From assembly GCA_963662285.2 (NCBI GenBank), contig CAXXMV010000006.1:1216001-1280000 (forward strand): DNA of 64,000 nucleotides, written 5' to 3'. This DNA is from a bacterium (GTDB lineage: Bacteria; Hinthialibacterota; Hinthialibacteria; Hinthialibacterales; Hinthialibacteraceae). Positions 1-10,123 of the stretch are shown here, piece by piece. The notes under the pieces are model-generated. The model had not been told where the DNA came from. It saw nothing but the letters and a program-made list of their open reading frames with translations, and ran no database searches. Each line of letters begins with the position of its first letter. The stretch's first letter is position 1. A program made the position numbers and the translations under genes.

Positions 1-21
1 CATCCAGATTCAGACAAAAGT

Positions 22-990
22 TTATTTCTTGGGTTCACCAAGGGATTCTTTGATTTGTTGGATGAACGGGGCTGCATCCTTGGGTGGTTTTACGATGAAA
101 ACTGCGTACTCTGACATATCTTGGCCTTGATGATGAAAGCCTATAATCTCACCGCGATATTTATCCTGGGCGTGGAATGCCTGCGGGCCGCAATCAACCA
201 GGTCTTCTACCGTACCGGTTTTGGCGATGCGTTCGCGTAATTGCGTCATACGTTCTTTAACCTCTTCAGGAGTTTTGCAGTAAGCCAGCACTAAGGTGGT
301 TTTTTGTTCTTTATCTTCTCCAAAAGCATATTCAGCAATCAAAGCAGGAGCGAGGAACTCATAACCCAAAGCCGTCTTATTACTGTATTGATATGAATGG
401 GGAACAAGATTCTTCTTAGGGAAGCGTCTGAAGACGCCGGGTATTTTCTTTCCTTTTTTTATGGTCTCTGCAACCTTGGCGGAGAAATCTTTGAGCAGCG
501 GCTCGGTCTTGCCCTCTTCGCCGAAGGTGGAAAGTTTAATGTAATAGCGTCCCTGCATGAAATTGAGAGTATCCGGCTCCAGGTATCCCGTGGCGCCGAT
601 ATCGATGAAATTATAATCGGTGGAACTCTCAGCCGAGAAGATGCCATAGGCGTTTAAGCGGTTGCCCATGTCATAGATGTCGACGGTAATCTCGTCGCTG
701 CCGCGTTTGTATATGGCATGTCCCAAGGCTACGAAATCGTAATCGTGATAGATGCCAGCGGCGCCGTTGATCAATTCGTAGAGGTTTTCACCATAAAATT
801 CCGCTTTGCCGTCCAGAGCGGCATTCATCTCCTGAGCGTCAGGCAGTAGGGCGGATAGTTTTTTGATTAATTCTTCAGAGACAGCTGGTTTATCGGATTT
901 CTCTGGAACTTGAGCGTGAACCGTGACGGTTAAGATTAGTGAGGCGATAAATAGAGTGATGATTCTATGGGGATAAAATTTTTGGTGCAT
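22..990 (-). CDS. Secreted DUF6599-like protein
   Basis: 322 aa ORF with Sec signal peptide (..TVTVHA/QV). Motifs LYELINGAA-x-x-Y-x-x-YDF, VDIYDMG and AYGIFS resemble DUF6599, which is commonly found beside Tat AKR/DUF362 genes. Confidence 0.65.
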   Translation of the reverse strand: MHQKFYPHRIITLFIASLILTVTVHAQVPEKSDKPAVSEELIKKLSALLPDAQEMNAALDGKAEFYGENLYELINGAAGIYHDYDFVALGHAIYKRGSDEITVDIYDMGNRLNAYGIFSAESSTDYNFIDIGATGYLEPDTLNFMQGRYYIKLSTFGEEGKTEPLLKDFSAKVAETIKKGKKIPGVFRRFPKKNLVPHSYQYSNKTALGYEFLAPALIAEYAFGEDKEQKTTLVLAYCKTPEEVKERMTQLRERIAKTGTVEDLVDCGPQAFHAQDKYRGEIIGFHHQGQDMSEYAVFIVKPPKDAAPFIQQIKESLGEPKK

Positions 991-1034
991 TGTTTTTTCT
1001 CCGTAATATGAATTTGATGATTATTTTACATCTA

Positions 1035-1070
1035 AAAGGGCCTGAAAGGCATCCGCCTGACAGGCCCTTT
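1035..1070. terminator. Hairpin / probable intrinsic terminator
   Basis: AAAGGGCCTG(1035-1044)...CAGGCCCTTT(1061-1070) with an inner AGGC/GCCT stem, downstream of the minus-strand AKR gene. Confidence 0.55.
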
Positions 1071-1097
1071 ATATAATAATGTTTGGCGTCTTTCAAA

Positions 1098-1125
1098 CAG
1101 GGCGCCCACGAGGGGCGCGCCCTAC
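1098..1125 (-). repeat. GTAG-type REP palindrome
   Basis: Minus strand reads GTAGGGCGCGCCCCTCGTGGGCGCCCTG. Near-identical copy at 5706-5732; relatives at 33847, 33929, 34091 and 49723. Confidence 0.7.
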
Positions 1126-1149
1126 ATTGTTAATTTGTCTGGCGTAGTC

Positions 1150-2301
1150 CTAGGCGAATAATTGACGGGCGCTTTGTAGTCTTTCCACAATATTTATATC
1201 ATTGGGACATGCTTTTTCGCATTCATGGCATTCGCCGCATTTTGAACTTAGACGCTGGTTTGGTGAAAGTTCGTGATAGGTCTCCATCGCGGTTTGCCGG
1301 TCGTGTTGCTCTTCCAGGTAATAATCTTTGCAGCGCAGTACGGTGGATATTTCAATGTTATCGGGACAGGCGTCTTTGCATTCGCTGCATGCCATGCAAT
1401 GGGTGGATCGGTTATTCATGGCGTAACGGTAGAGTTTCATATCTTCACTGGCGGTCAATGCTTCGCCAGCCGCTTTTTTATATGCGTCGAACATCTCAAA
1501 AGAACCGATGCCTTTAAGAACCGTAGTGATAGCGGGATTCTTGAGCATTTTCTTGACATACATGCATTGATCATCGATAGATTCCAAGCCGGACATTGAT
1601 TTCATGGCCATGACGCCCACTTTTTTGGCATGAGCATCACGCAAGACGCTATCAAGCACCTGAAGGTTTTTCTGATCCAAGCGTGGATTAAGCAAACTGA
1701 ACATGCCGCTGGCTAATGCCGAACCGCTGGCTTTGAGGTTTTTATCATGACTGGTATGTCCGCAAAAACGTACTTTGCCTTTGGCTTTGAGTTTTTCGAA
1801 GGATTTTTTGATTAGAGGATCGCGGGCGGATTCTTCATCGTGCCGGTTAAACATAAAGAAATCGACGTAATCGCAATTCAACACTTTCAACCATTCATCC
1901 AGTTTACTGTAATCTTCCTTTTCATAATCTTCGCGGTTGAAGAAATTATCTTTAAGAGCGACGTAGACATCTTTTCTTCTAGTTTTGAGAACTTTGCCCA
2001 GTTCTACAATGGAACGGCCGCCGATATAAGAATTGGAGATATGAACCAGGTTGACGCCATTATCGATGGCGTATTCGTGGATGCCGGGTTCATTAACCAG
2101 ACCGCCCATGCTGATGGCGGAAATCATGAGGCCGGTGTCGCCTAACATGCGATAGCGCATATCTGGTTTGTAATTCAATATTTTACTGGTATCGGTTTTA
2201 TTCTCTGAGGCCTGAGCTGACGCTCCTAAGCCTGCAATGGCGGCGGTTGCGGCGCCGCTTTGGATAAATGAACGGCGACTCATGAAGATTTTTTCTGTCA
2301 T
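1150..2301 (-). CDS. Tat-exported aldo/keto reductase with C-terminal 2x[4Fe-4S] domain
   Basis: SRRSFI twin-arginine signal, MRYRMLGDTGLMISAISMG AKR start, and two CxxCxxCxxxCP ferredoxin motifs. Confidence 0.85.
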   Translation of the reverse strand: MTEKIFMSRRSFIQSGAATAAIAGLGASAQASENKTDTSKILNYKPDMRYRMLGDTGLMISAISMGGLVNEPGIHEYAIDNGVNLVHISNSYIGGRSIVELGKVLKTRRKDVYVALKDNFFNREDYEKEDYSKLDEWLKVLNCDYVDFFMFNRHDEESARDPLIKKSFEKLKAKGKVRFCGHTSHDKNLKASGSALASGMFSLLNPRLDQKNLQVLDSVLRDAHAKKVGVMAMKSMSGLESIDDQCMYVKKMLKNPAITTVLKGIGSFEMFDAYKKAAGEALTASEDMKLYRYAMNNRSTHCMACSECKDACPDNIEISTVLRCKDYYLEEQHDRQTAMETYHELSPNQRLSSKCGECHECEKACPNDINIVERLQSARQLFA

Positions 2302-2423
2302 TATTACATTCTCCCTTTTTTTATTAAATCAATATTATTATGCGTATATTATTTTACATTAGTCTATAGTTTGAAGGAAAAAGGTTCGGTTTTAATTGCA
2401 ACAATAATATTATGCGGATATTT

Positions 2424-3743
2424 TTAAGATATTAATAAATCAGCGGCCATATTACCGCTGACAACCGCTCCTTCAATTGTAGCGGGTAGAGCAGTTGCAG
2501 TCCAATCTCCAGCAAGAATGAGGTTATCAATTGCAGTTTGAGCATTTGCCCGTTTTTTAACATTATCAGGCGTTGTTGAGAAAGTAGCGCGAGGCTCCCA
2601 AAATACCAACGAATCTGTAGGCGCTTTTGATATGCTGCGGGGATAAACCTTTTGAATATCTTCAATAGCTGCTTTGACTAAATCTTCCCTGCTTAATCCC
2701 TTAAACCTGCGTGCTGCGCTGATTAGAAGACAGACGCAATGCGACTTGTGCTCTCCAGGGCGCATGAAATTGGCGCGGTGGAATATCCATTCGTATGTAC
2801 AATCCAGTAAACAGCAGAAATTTTCATCCGATATGGGTTGGTCATACCATAAATAGGTGCTCAATATGGGCGATGCGCCCAGATCGGGGATGGGGATTTG
2901 TTCTTCTAAGCCTGAATTTTTCAATAACTTACGTAAGTTATTATCTGGAGCGGCTGAAATGCAGGCGCCGCACTCAATGCGTTCGCCGGATGAGCATATA
3001 ACTGCTGACACTTTGTTATTCTTATATTCCAGACGTTCGACGCGGTGATCAAGCAGTACTTGGCCGCAGCGTTCTTCGATAAATCTGATGGCTTTTTCGC
3101 CATGTAGTTTTTGGAGAGCTACACTGGCTAAAGCCATACGCGAATCGGCTCTTCCAGAAAAGAAAGCCTGTTTGAGCACGGTTTGCAAAAGGGCTGCGTC
3201 GGCGATCTGAGGTTCTTCGTTAAGGGCGGAGAGGGCGATTGATTCCCACATGCGTTTGCGAAGCTTGGGAGTCTGCCCCAGGCGTTGGCATAGTTCCGAG
3301 ACGGTTTCGCCATTGTGTACAGCCTTTTTTCTTTTCATCTGCAAGCCGAAATGGATGGCGGAGACCTTATCGCTTAATCCCAGCGAACGCATGGATAATA
3401 GACCCGCTAAAAGATCGAGCGGCGCCGGGAGTGGATAAGAGCGTAAGTGGTCACGCAATCCATCACCGCCCCGGTAAGGAACCGAAAGCGATGGTTGGAA
3501 ATAGAGGTCGTCGTAGGTTCCCAGGAGGCGCAGTAAGTCGAAGGTCTTGTGATAACAGCCCATTAGGGCGTGTTGACCGTTGTCGATCATATCGCCGGTG
3601 CGCCGGTCGCGGGTAGAGTAAACCCGTCCGCCCAGGAATTTTCTTTTTTCGATAAGGGTGACTTTAGCGCCTGATTGGGCCAGGCGAACTGCTGCGGATA
3701 TACCGGCCAGGCCGCCGCCTATGACGACGACATCGGTTACCAT
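2424..3743 (-). CDS. hpnE: Hydroxysqualene dehydroxylase HpnE
   Basis: GGGLAG FAD motif, LGGR, DNGQHALMGCY and LAGDWT..LPATIEGAV; follows hpnC/hpnD in the same operon. Confidence 0.9.
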   Translation of the reverse strand: MVTDVVVIGGGLAGISAAVRLAQSGAKVTLIEKRKFLGGRVYSTRDRRTGDMIDNGQHALMGCYHKTFDLLRLLGTYDDLYFQPSLSVPYRGGDGLRDHLRSYPLPAPLDLLAGLLSMRSLGLSDKVSAIHFGLQMKRKKAVHNGETVSELCQRLGQTPKLRKRMWESIALSALNEEPQIADAALLQTVLKQAFFSGRADSRMALASVALQKLHGEKAIRFIEERCGQVLLDHRVERLEYKNNKVSAVICSSGERIECGACISAAPDNNLRKLLKNSGLEEQIPIPDLGASPILSTYLWYDQPISDENFCCLLDCTYEWIFHRANFMRPGEHKSHCVCLLISAARRFKGLSREDLVKAAIEDIQKVYPRSISKAPTDSLVFWEPRATFSTTPDNVKKRANAQTAIDNLILAGDWTATALPATIEGAVVSGNMAADLLIS

Positions 3744-4609
3744 GGCAAAACCCTTGAGATTCTGCTGCCCAGCCAGATGGATAAGGCGATGCGCATTTTC
3801 TGGCTATTAGAGATTCTTATGCGTTCTGGATAAACGTTAAAATCGGCCAGAACAATTTTTTTATAGAGGGAATAGTATATTTTTTTCATTATTTCCGCTG
3901 GAAAAAGCAGGTGGTGATCACGCCGGGAATAGAGTTTATTGGCGCTATCATAATATTGCTGGGCGCGGTCAGCGTGAAATTTCATGAATTCTACGAAAGC
4001 GGGATTATACACTTCATTGAGCAGGTCGCTCTCGGAATACTTGAATCGTTCTAGTTCGTCGGCGGGCATGTAGATGCGGTCGATGCGGGCGTCTTCGCCG
4101 ACGTCGCGCATGATGTTGGTCAGTTGCAGAGCCATGCCCAGATCGATGGCGTATTGTTTGGCGTTTGGAGAACTATAGCCGAAGATTTCTATACTGATCA
4201 AACCCACTACGCTTGCAACGCGATAGCAATATTCCTTTAACTCTTCGAAAGTCGCATAACGCTTTTTAACCAGATCCATCTCGCAGCCGTCGATCAATGC
4301 ATGGAAATATTCTTTGGGCATGTTGAATTGCTCAATGACCGTCTGCATGGCCTCAGTTATGGGATGCTGAGGATTGCCGGCGTAACAGGCTTCTAATTCA
4401 GAGCGCCACTGGTCTAACTCTTTTCGCGCTGCGTCGGGCGATTCTATGTTATCGACGATATCATCGGTCTGACGGCAGAAGGAATATATGGTGAAGATCG
4501 CATCCCGCTTGGCTTTAGGTAGAAACAGAAACGAATAATAGAAATTCGTTTTACTCTTCCTGGTTTTATCACGCGTATAATTGTTGCTGTTTGACTGTTC
4601 CATATCCAC
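3737..4609 (-). CDS. hpnD: Presqualene diphosphate synthase HpnD
   Basis: NFYYSFLFLP, FCRQTDDIVD, YCYRVASVVG and LQLTNIMRDVGED (squalene/phytoene synthase motifs). Confidence 0.88.
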   Translation of the reverse strand: MDMEQSNSNNYTRDKTRKSKTNFYYSFLFLPKAKRDAIFTIYSFCRQTDDIVDNIESPDAARKELDQWRSELEACYAGNPQHPITEAMQTVIEQFNMPKEYFHALIDGCEMDLVKKRYATFEELKEYCYRVASVVGLISIEIFGYSSPNAKQYAIDLGMALQLTNIMRDVGEDARIDRIYMPADELERFKYSESDLLNEVYNPAFVEFMKFHADRAQQYYDSANKLYSRRDHHLLFPAEIMKKIYYSLYKKIVLADFNVYPERIRISNSQKMRIALSIWLGSRISRVLPW

Positions 4610-4617
4610 TCAATTCA

Positions 4618-5592
4618 TTATGCGACTTTGGCCGCCATTTCAAATAATTTATTATACCGTCTCCGCATTCGAGTCATGCGAAACAGAGAGCGCCCTCCAC
4701 AGGAGACGAAATCCCACTTGTTTAATTTAGGACGGTTATCAAATACGTTATAGCCATTTTTTAATGTCCGCGAAAGGATGGTTACGCCGCCGAGCCAGGT
4801 GAAGCGCAACTCAGCCGACAGGGGCCAGCGTACGCTTTCCAGCAGGGGATAGCCTTCATCGAATAATTGCCAGGTACGCTGAACCAGTTCCTGCATGATA
4901 TTGATGTATCGTTCATCATAGACATGAGCGAATAGATCATCCATAGAATACCCGTTGGCCTGCATCAGTTCTTTGGGAATGTAGACGCGGTCTTTTTGAA
5001 GATCGATGGCTACATCCTGCCAGAAGTTGGTCAGTTGCAAGGCGGTGCAGATGCAGTCGGACATGTGGAACAGTTCCTCATCGCGGTAGTCGAACAGGTG
5101 GAGGATAAGGCGTCCCACCGGATCAGCGGAAAATCTGCAATAGTTTTTAATCACGCCGTCGAAGGTCTCGTAACGTTTTACAGTTACATCCTGCTTGAAA
5201 GCGTGCAACAAACCCCGGAACAGATCAATCGGAAGTTCGCATTTCTTGGCAGTATCGGCCAGAGCGATAAATACCGGGTGTTCGGCTTTACCTTCAAAAG
5301 CTTGTGATAGCAATTCATCCCATGAATTGAGATAATCCATGCGGCGGCCTTCGTAGCAATCTTCGTCAGAGAAATCGTCCGAAATGCGGGCGAAGGCGTA
5401 GATGGCGTAAACGTGAATCCGTTTGGCCTTGGGAACCAGCATTGATCCAACCGGAAAGTTTTCGTAGTGGGATACGGTCAGGCTCCGGCAGAAGGCATAG
5501 GAATCCTCCACCGACCAATCATCACGCAAAAGCTGATGAGGCAGGTTATACATCGAACAGATGGCATCTAATGTTGGTAGTTTTATGCCCAT
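4618..5592 (-). CDS. hpnC: Squalene synthase HpnC
   Basis: HYENFPVGS, IYAFARISDDFSDE, YCRFSADPVGRL and LQLTNFWQDV are characteristic of HpnC. Confidence 0.9.
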   Translation of the reverse strand: MGIKLPTLDAICSMYNLPHQLLRDDWSVEDSYAFCRSLTVSHYENFPVGSMLVPKAKRIHVYAIYAFARISDDFSDEDCYEGRRMDYLNSWDELLSQAFEGKAEHPVFIALADTAKKCELPIDLFRGLLHAFKQDVTVKRYETFDGVIKNYCRFSADPVGRLILHLFDYRDEELFHMSDCICTALQLTNFWQDVAIDLQKDRVYIPKELMQANGYSMDDLFAHVYDERYINIMQELVQRTWQLFDEGYPLLESVRWPLSAELRFTWLGGVTILSRTLKNGYNVFDNRPKLNKWDFVSCGGRSLFRMTRMRRRYNKLFEMAAKVA

Positions 5593-5705
5593 AATATTGA
5601 GATGTATGGTATCATAATAGATGGATTTACTCCAGCATCAGGTAATATTTGTGAAATTACCTGATAGTGATTTATTTTTCCCCTCACCATAGCGCCTGGA
5701 AATTT

Positions 5706-5797
5706 CGGGCGCCCACGAGGGGGGCGCCCTACTTTGGATAGGGGATTTGTTATCAGGAGTGGATTTTTGATGGGTCGGTAAGGCTGACCCATCCTAC
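5706..5797 (-). repeat. Two GTAG-type REP palindromes
   Basis: CGGGCGCCCACGAGGGGGGCGCCCTAC (5706-5732) and GATGGGTCGGTAAGGCTGACCCATCCTAC (ending 5797); both read GTAG+hairpin on the minus strand. Confidence 0.6.
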
Positions 5798-5816
5798 GCG
5801 TGAGTGGATTTACATT

Positions 5817-6377
5817 ATGGACGATCATGATTTTTCTTCAATAGAGCAGGCTTACCGTAATTCATCCAGAAGGGCGCCTCTTCCTCAGCCATCGCGGCGT
5901 ATGTTCGGCATTGATTTCATGTTTGTTATTTTATTTATGGTTGCAGGTTTTTATTTTGTGTGGCCTAAGATGTTTCAAACTCCCGAAGCTTATGCTCCTG
6001 AATCGGCGATTCATGAAACTCTGACGGTTTATTTGATGGCTCAAGGTTGTTGTATTGCAACCGAAGATTATGGTGACGAATCGAAATTTTCGGAGCAAAT
6101 CAAGCAGGCGTTGGAAGCGGTTCAGCCTAAAGGCTCCAAGGCGCCCAAAATATTGCTCATAGATGATTCGGGGAATCTTCTGGTTGGGGAAGAGGAATGG
6201 CCTGAAGCGTGGGAAAAAGCAAATCCTCCCTGGCAATACCGCAAAGCAGGCTCAATGATTTATCGCCTTAAAGGCAATGCTATTCTGATTTTTTTTGAAC
6301 CTATCGATGATAGGCAATTGACGCTGGTGGTTATTAAACGTTTTACGCCGATGTTTAAGGGTGATGGGAAGAGCTGA
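5817..6377 (+). CDS. Hypothetical single-pass membrane protein
   Basis: 186 aa ORF with one TM helix (FMFVILFMVAGFYFVW); no family recognised. Confidence 0.6.
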   Translation: MDDHDFSSIEQAYRNSSRRAPLPQPSRRMFGIDFMFVILFMVAGFYFVWPKMFQTPEAYAPESAIHETLTVYLMAQGCCIATEDYGDESKFSEQIKQALEAVQPKGSKAPKILLIDDSGNLLVGEEEWPEAWEKANPPWQYRKAGSMIYRLKGNAILIFFEPIDDRQLTLVVIKRFTPMFKGDGKS

Positions 6378-6433
6378 TTTGGTTATTCTTGGTGGGTTAT
6401 GCTATCGCTCCATCCTGTTTGTAGGCGTATTCA

Positions 6434-6469
6434 ATCAAGGACTGAGCGCAATGCGCTCAGTCCTTGGCG
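6434..6469 (+). repeat. Solo CAAGG(G/A)C-hairpin repeat
   Basis: ATCAAGGACTGAGCGCA-A-TGCGCTCAGTCCTTGGCG, a 15-bp perfect stem between convergent genes; variant of the dispersed family. Confidence 0.7.
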
Positions 6470-6501
6470 TTCGGCCCTAGATAGAAATATCAGAACAATA
6501 C

Positions 6502-9500
6502 TTATTTTGTTTTAACTGGATCTGCTGGTCGAGGAGGCAGTTTTCTAGGATATTCATCTATCTTTTTTAGGATTTCCTGGATTCCCTGCTCTAACTGAGG
6601 ATCCCGGCCTTTGAGTACTGATTCCGGATCATTATCGATTTCAATATCCGGATCTACCCCATAGCCCTCAATGATCCATTGGCCATTTTCATCATTGGTA
6701 CCACTTAACGGAACGAATACCTGCCCGCCGTCAAGCAAGGGGCCCCGTCCGGAGATTCCTACTACGCCACCCCAAGTTCGTTTACCAATCAACGGACCAA
6801 GACCTGCTTTGCGATAATAATATGGGAAAATATCACCGTCTGAAGCAGAGGTTTGGTTAATCAAACATACCGTATGACCGTGGAACACTGTGTAAGGATA
6901 GGTCTCCGGGTAGTTGCTGGAATTACCAAATCGCGTCCCCAGTAACTTTGTGTCTAGGCGTTCGATGATCCATTGAGACACATTCCCGCCGCCATTAGAG
7001 CGCACGTCAATGACAAGACCTTCCTTGCGGATTTGGGGATAAAACCATTTGATAAACTCATAGATGCCATTTGCGCCCATGTCCGGTATATGAAGGTAGC
7101 CAACCCGTCCATCAGTCAACTTAGCGACTTTTTCAAGATTCTCGCTAACCCACTCCAGATAGAGGAGATTATCTTCACTAAAGATCGGCTTAAATGTTAC
7201 TTCACTCGCATCCTTTATAGTAGGATTAGAATTAAGAGTAAGAGTTATTGGATCAGTTTTGTGCTGCAACAATCGATAAGGATTATCGTCGCCTTTCAAT
7301 TCAACTCCATCAATGGCGAGAATATAGTCGCCAACATTAGCCTCTATACCGATTTCGTTCAGGGGAGAAATGTATTTTTCCTCCTCATTATCGCCTTTGA
7401 ATATTTTCGAGATGCGATACCTTCCTGCTTCCTTATCCAATTCGAACCGGGCGCCCGGTAAGCCCACTTTGGGCCGTTCAGGAATCTCAAAATCTCCTCC
7501 GACAATATAACAATGCCCCGCACTTAGTTCAGACACCATTTCACTCAAAACATAGTTAAGGTCAGAACGATGAGCCACATGTTTTAGCCAGGTTCTATAT
7601 TGATCGCCTATTGCTTTCCAATCATACCCGTGCATATTTTTCACGTAGAAAAAGTCACGGTAGCGCCTCCAGACTTCGTTGAATATTTCCTCCCACTCTT
7701 GAGATGGAACGCGGTCCACCATCAGGCCTTTGGTCGAAACAGTCTTTTGATCCTTCGCTTCTGGTTTAGCATCGTATAAATGGTACGCTCCCTTTTGGCT
7801 TACCAATACTTTATTACCATCTGAAGAGAGAGCGTAACCAGACATATCTTCAACCAGTACTTTGTCTTCCCGTTTTTCCAGCGAATAAATATGAAGGTTC
7901 GATTTTTCGTAGCTGTCCCGGCCATAGAAAGGAGCGCCTGATGTCTTATAAATCAAGTAGCCTTTCTTTGCGGAAAGACTGCTAATGTTATTAGATTCTA
8001 TCGGCGCCCGGACAACCCGATCCGCGAGACCTAAATAATCAATTTCGATGTAATCTTTCTGCTTATCTTTCTTTTTATCTTCAGATTTATCCTTAGATTT
8101 CTCATCACTCTCATCACAGTCTTCGACTTTTTTATCAGTATCCTTGTCTTTATTCTCTTCTTTTTCTTCCTCGAAGGTTATTTCATCGTTTTCAGGCGGA
8201 AAAGGATGTTTAACGTCTTTACGCAGCGACAAGGCAAAAATGCCTGTTTGACGGTTCGTTGCAAAGTTCCACTCAAGGGAACTGATCTGCGGAGCAAAAT
8301 TGCGATCGGAGAGATAGTAGAGATAGTTGCCCTCAATACCCCACACTGGATTATATTCATCGAAATAGTCATCCGTGATTTTTGTTAGTTTACAATCATC
8401 AACGCTCCAGATATAAATAGAGCGGTATCTATTAGGATTTTGCATGGAGAAAGCCAAATGCCCGCCATTTTTGGACCAGACATAGTCTCTGATCATTCCA
8501 AACTCGTCGTCTGCGATTTGAACGATTGTTTTATCAGAGATGGTTAGCGCATAAAGTTTTCCGTTTTTATCGGAGAAAGCCAGCCGTTTTCCATCTGGAG
8601 ACCATTCCGGTGCGTATAGCATGGCTTTAAATTCGGTAGTAAGTTGTTCGGGTTTTCCGGCGCCATCCTGATCGATTAGATATAGCTGATCTTCGCCAGT
8701 CATGTCCGAAATAAAGGCGATCTTTTTACCATCCGGAGACCAACGCGCCCATTTATCGTGCGCATTGGAGGTATTGGTTAGATTTCGAGTAGTTCCTTTT
8801 TCGATAGGCGCGGTAAAGACATCTCCTCTTGCTACGAATAACGCTCGTTCACCTTTAGGACTAAGTTCGAAATCTTCAATGTTCTTCTCAGCCGAATAGC
8901 GGGATGGCCGCATAGCTAAACCGTCATCAGGCACTAAAATAGAAATCTTCTGATCCTGTCCGGATGTTGTATCGAAAATCTGAAGTTCACCGTTCAACTC
9001 ATATACGATTTTGTTTATATTATCTGAACTGGGCCAGCGAATATCCCACTTGGTGCTATGTGTAATTTGCGTTAATTCCCCGGAATCGACTTTGTAGTCG
9101 TATAGATTGAGCGTGCCGTCACGATCCGATGAGAAATAAATGGAATTACCGATCCACATGGGATCACGCTCGGAACGTTTGCTTGGGGCAATCTTTTTAG
9201 CCTCATACGTATTTAAGTCAAAAATGTAGAGATTCTGCGCCCAACCGCCTTCGTAACGCTTCCAAGTTCGAAAGTCGCGAAACAGAGGGGAGTAGACTAC
9301 TTTTTGGCCATCAGGTGAATAGTCTCCAGCGCCGGAGGTTGGCATCTGAAGTTTTTCCGGTAGACCGCCATCAGTACTTACGGTATACAAAGCCGTCAAC
9401 ACGCGACCGCCATTGGCGTCGCGAAGCGAGCGGAATAGAACTTTTTCGCCATCCGGCGTCCAACCATATACTTGGTTGTCGTATCCCCAACGCGGCGGTA

Positions 9501-9843
9501 ATGGTCCATGAGCGGGGTAATATGTGAGTTGCTTGGGGATGCCGCCTTCTGCGGGGATTACGTAAACTTGTTCGTCGCCATCATACTGTCCAGTAAACGC
9601 TATCCATTTACCGTCCGGTGAGAATTTAGGGAACAATTCTTGACCAGAATGAGCGGTAAGCCGCACCGCAATTCCCCCAACGCTATTTGCCTTCCATAAA
9701 TCCCCCCCATAACAGAATACTACCGTATCCTCATGAATGTCTGGAAACCGCAACAACTTTGTTTGAGCAGATACTATTTCTGTTGTGAATAGAACGCATA
9801 AAAAAAGCATAATCGAACATAGTATGGATTGACGTAAGCGCAT
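6502..9843 (-). CDS. Tricorn-like S41 family protease
   Basis: Signal peptide, PD40/TolB-like propeller repeats (FSPDGKW), PDZ-like region, DVRSNGGG, SASDGD catalytic motif, GKRTWGG and DPQL. Confidence 0.92.
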   Translation of the reverse strand: MRLRQSILCSIMLFLCVLFTTEIVSAQTKLLRFPDIHEDTVVFCYGGDLWKANSVGGIAVRLTAHSGQELFPKFSPDGKWIAFTGQYDGDEQVYVIPAEGGIPKQLTYYPAHGPLPPRWGYDNQVYGWTPDGEKVLFRSLRDANGGRVLTALYTVSTDGGLPEKLQMPTSGAGDYSPDGQKVVYSPLFRDFRTWKRYEGGWAQNLYIFDLNTYEAKKIAPSKRSERDPMWIGNSIYFSSDRDGTLNLYDYKVDSGELTQITHSTKWDIRWPSSDNINKIVYELNGELQIFDTTSGQDQKISILVPDDGLAMRPSRYSAEKNIEDFELSPKGERALFVARGDVFTAPIEKGTTRNLTNTSNAHDKWARWSPDGKKIAFISDMTGEDQLYLIDQDGAGKPEQLTTEFKAMLYAPEWSPDGKRLAFSDKNGKLYALTISDKTIVQIADDEFGMIRDYVWSKNGGHLAFSMQNPNRYRSIYIWSVDDCKLTKITDDYFDEYNPVWGIEGNYLYYLSDRNFAPQISSLEWNFATNRQTGIFALSLRKDVKHPFPPENDEITFEEEKEENKDKDTDKKVEDCDESDEKSKDKSEDKKKDKQKDYIEIDYLGLADRVVRAPIESNNISSLSAKKGYLIYKTSGAPFYGRDSYEKSNLHIYSLEKREDKVLVEDMSGYALSSDGNKVLVSQKGAYHLYDAKPEAKDQKTVSTKGLMVDRVPSQEWEEIFNEVWRRYRDFFYVKNMHGYDWKAIGDQYRTWLKHVAHRSDLNYVLSEMVSELSAGHCYIVGGDFEIPERPKVGLPGARFELDKEAGRYRISKIFKGDNEEEKYISPLNEIGIEANVGDYILAIDGVELKGDDNPYRLLQHKTDPITLTLNSNPTIKDASEVTFKPIFSEDNLLYLEWVSENLEKVAKLTDGRVGYLHIPDMGANGIYEFIKWFYPQIRKEGLVIDVRSNGGGNVSQWIIERLDTKLLGTRFGNSSNYPETYPYTVFHGHTVCLINQTSASDGDIFPYYYRKAGLGPLIGKRTWGGVVGISGRGPLLDGGQVFVPLSGTNDENGQWIIEGYGVDPDIEIDNDPESVLKGRDPQLEQGIQEILKKIDEYPRKLPPRPADPVKTK

Positions 9844-10010
9844 GGCTTCTCCTTTAATTCAGTAAATTAAATAATATTTTAGTCCTGTGAAAAACAATTA
9901 AACTGACTGGTATTATATATTTAATAGTCGCTGTCTTTATAGACGTAATATTGAATAAAATTACAGAGTTGTAAGGTCTCTACAGAACAATAGGTTTAAC
10001 ATAATGGTTT

Positions 10011-10053
10011 ATCAAGGGCGGAAAATACGGAAAATACACTGCCCTTGGCGTCC
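10011..10053 (+). repeat. Solo copy of the array core hairpin
   Basis: ATCAAGGGCGGAAAATACGGAAAATACACTGCCCTTGGCG: the core of the 12.3-13.8 kb array with a duplicated GGAAAATAC in the loop. Confidence 0.75.
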
Positions 10054-10072
10054 AACTTAAGGTGTATAAAAT

Positions 10073-10111
10073 CCCCCCTCGCCCTAGCCCTCTCCCGCCG
10101 GGAGAGGGGAC
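10073..10111 (+). repeat. BoxC-like CCCTC...CTCTCCC/GGGAGAGGG palindromic repeat
   Basis: CCCCCCTCGCCCTAGCCCTCTCCCGCCGGGAGAGGGGAC; relatives at 42850-42887 (+) and 49681-49718 (-). Confidence 0.7.
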
Positions 10112-10123
10112 TTTGGATTGATT

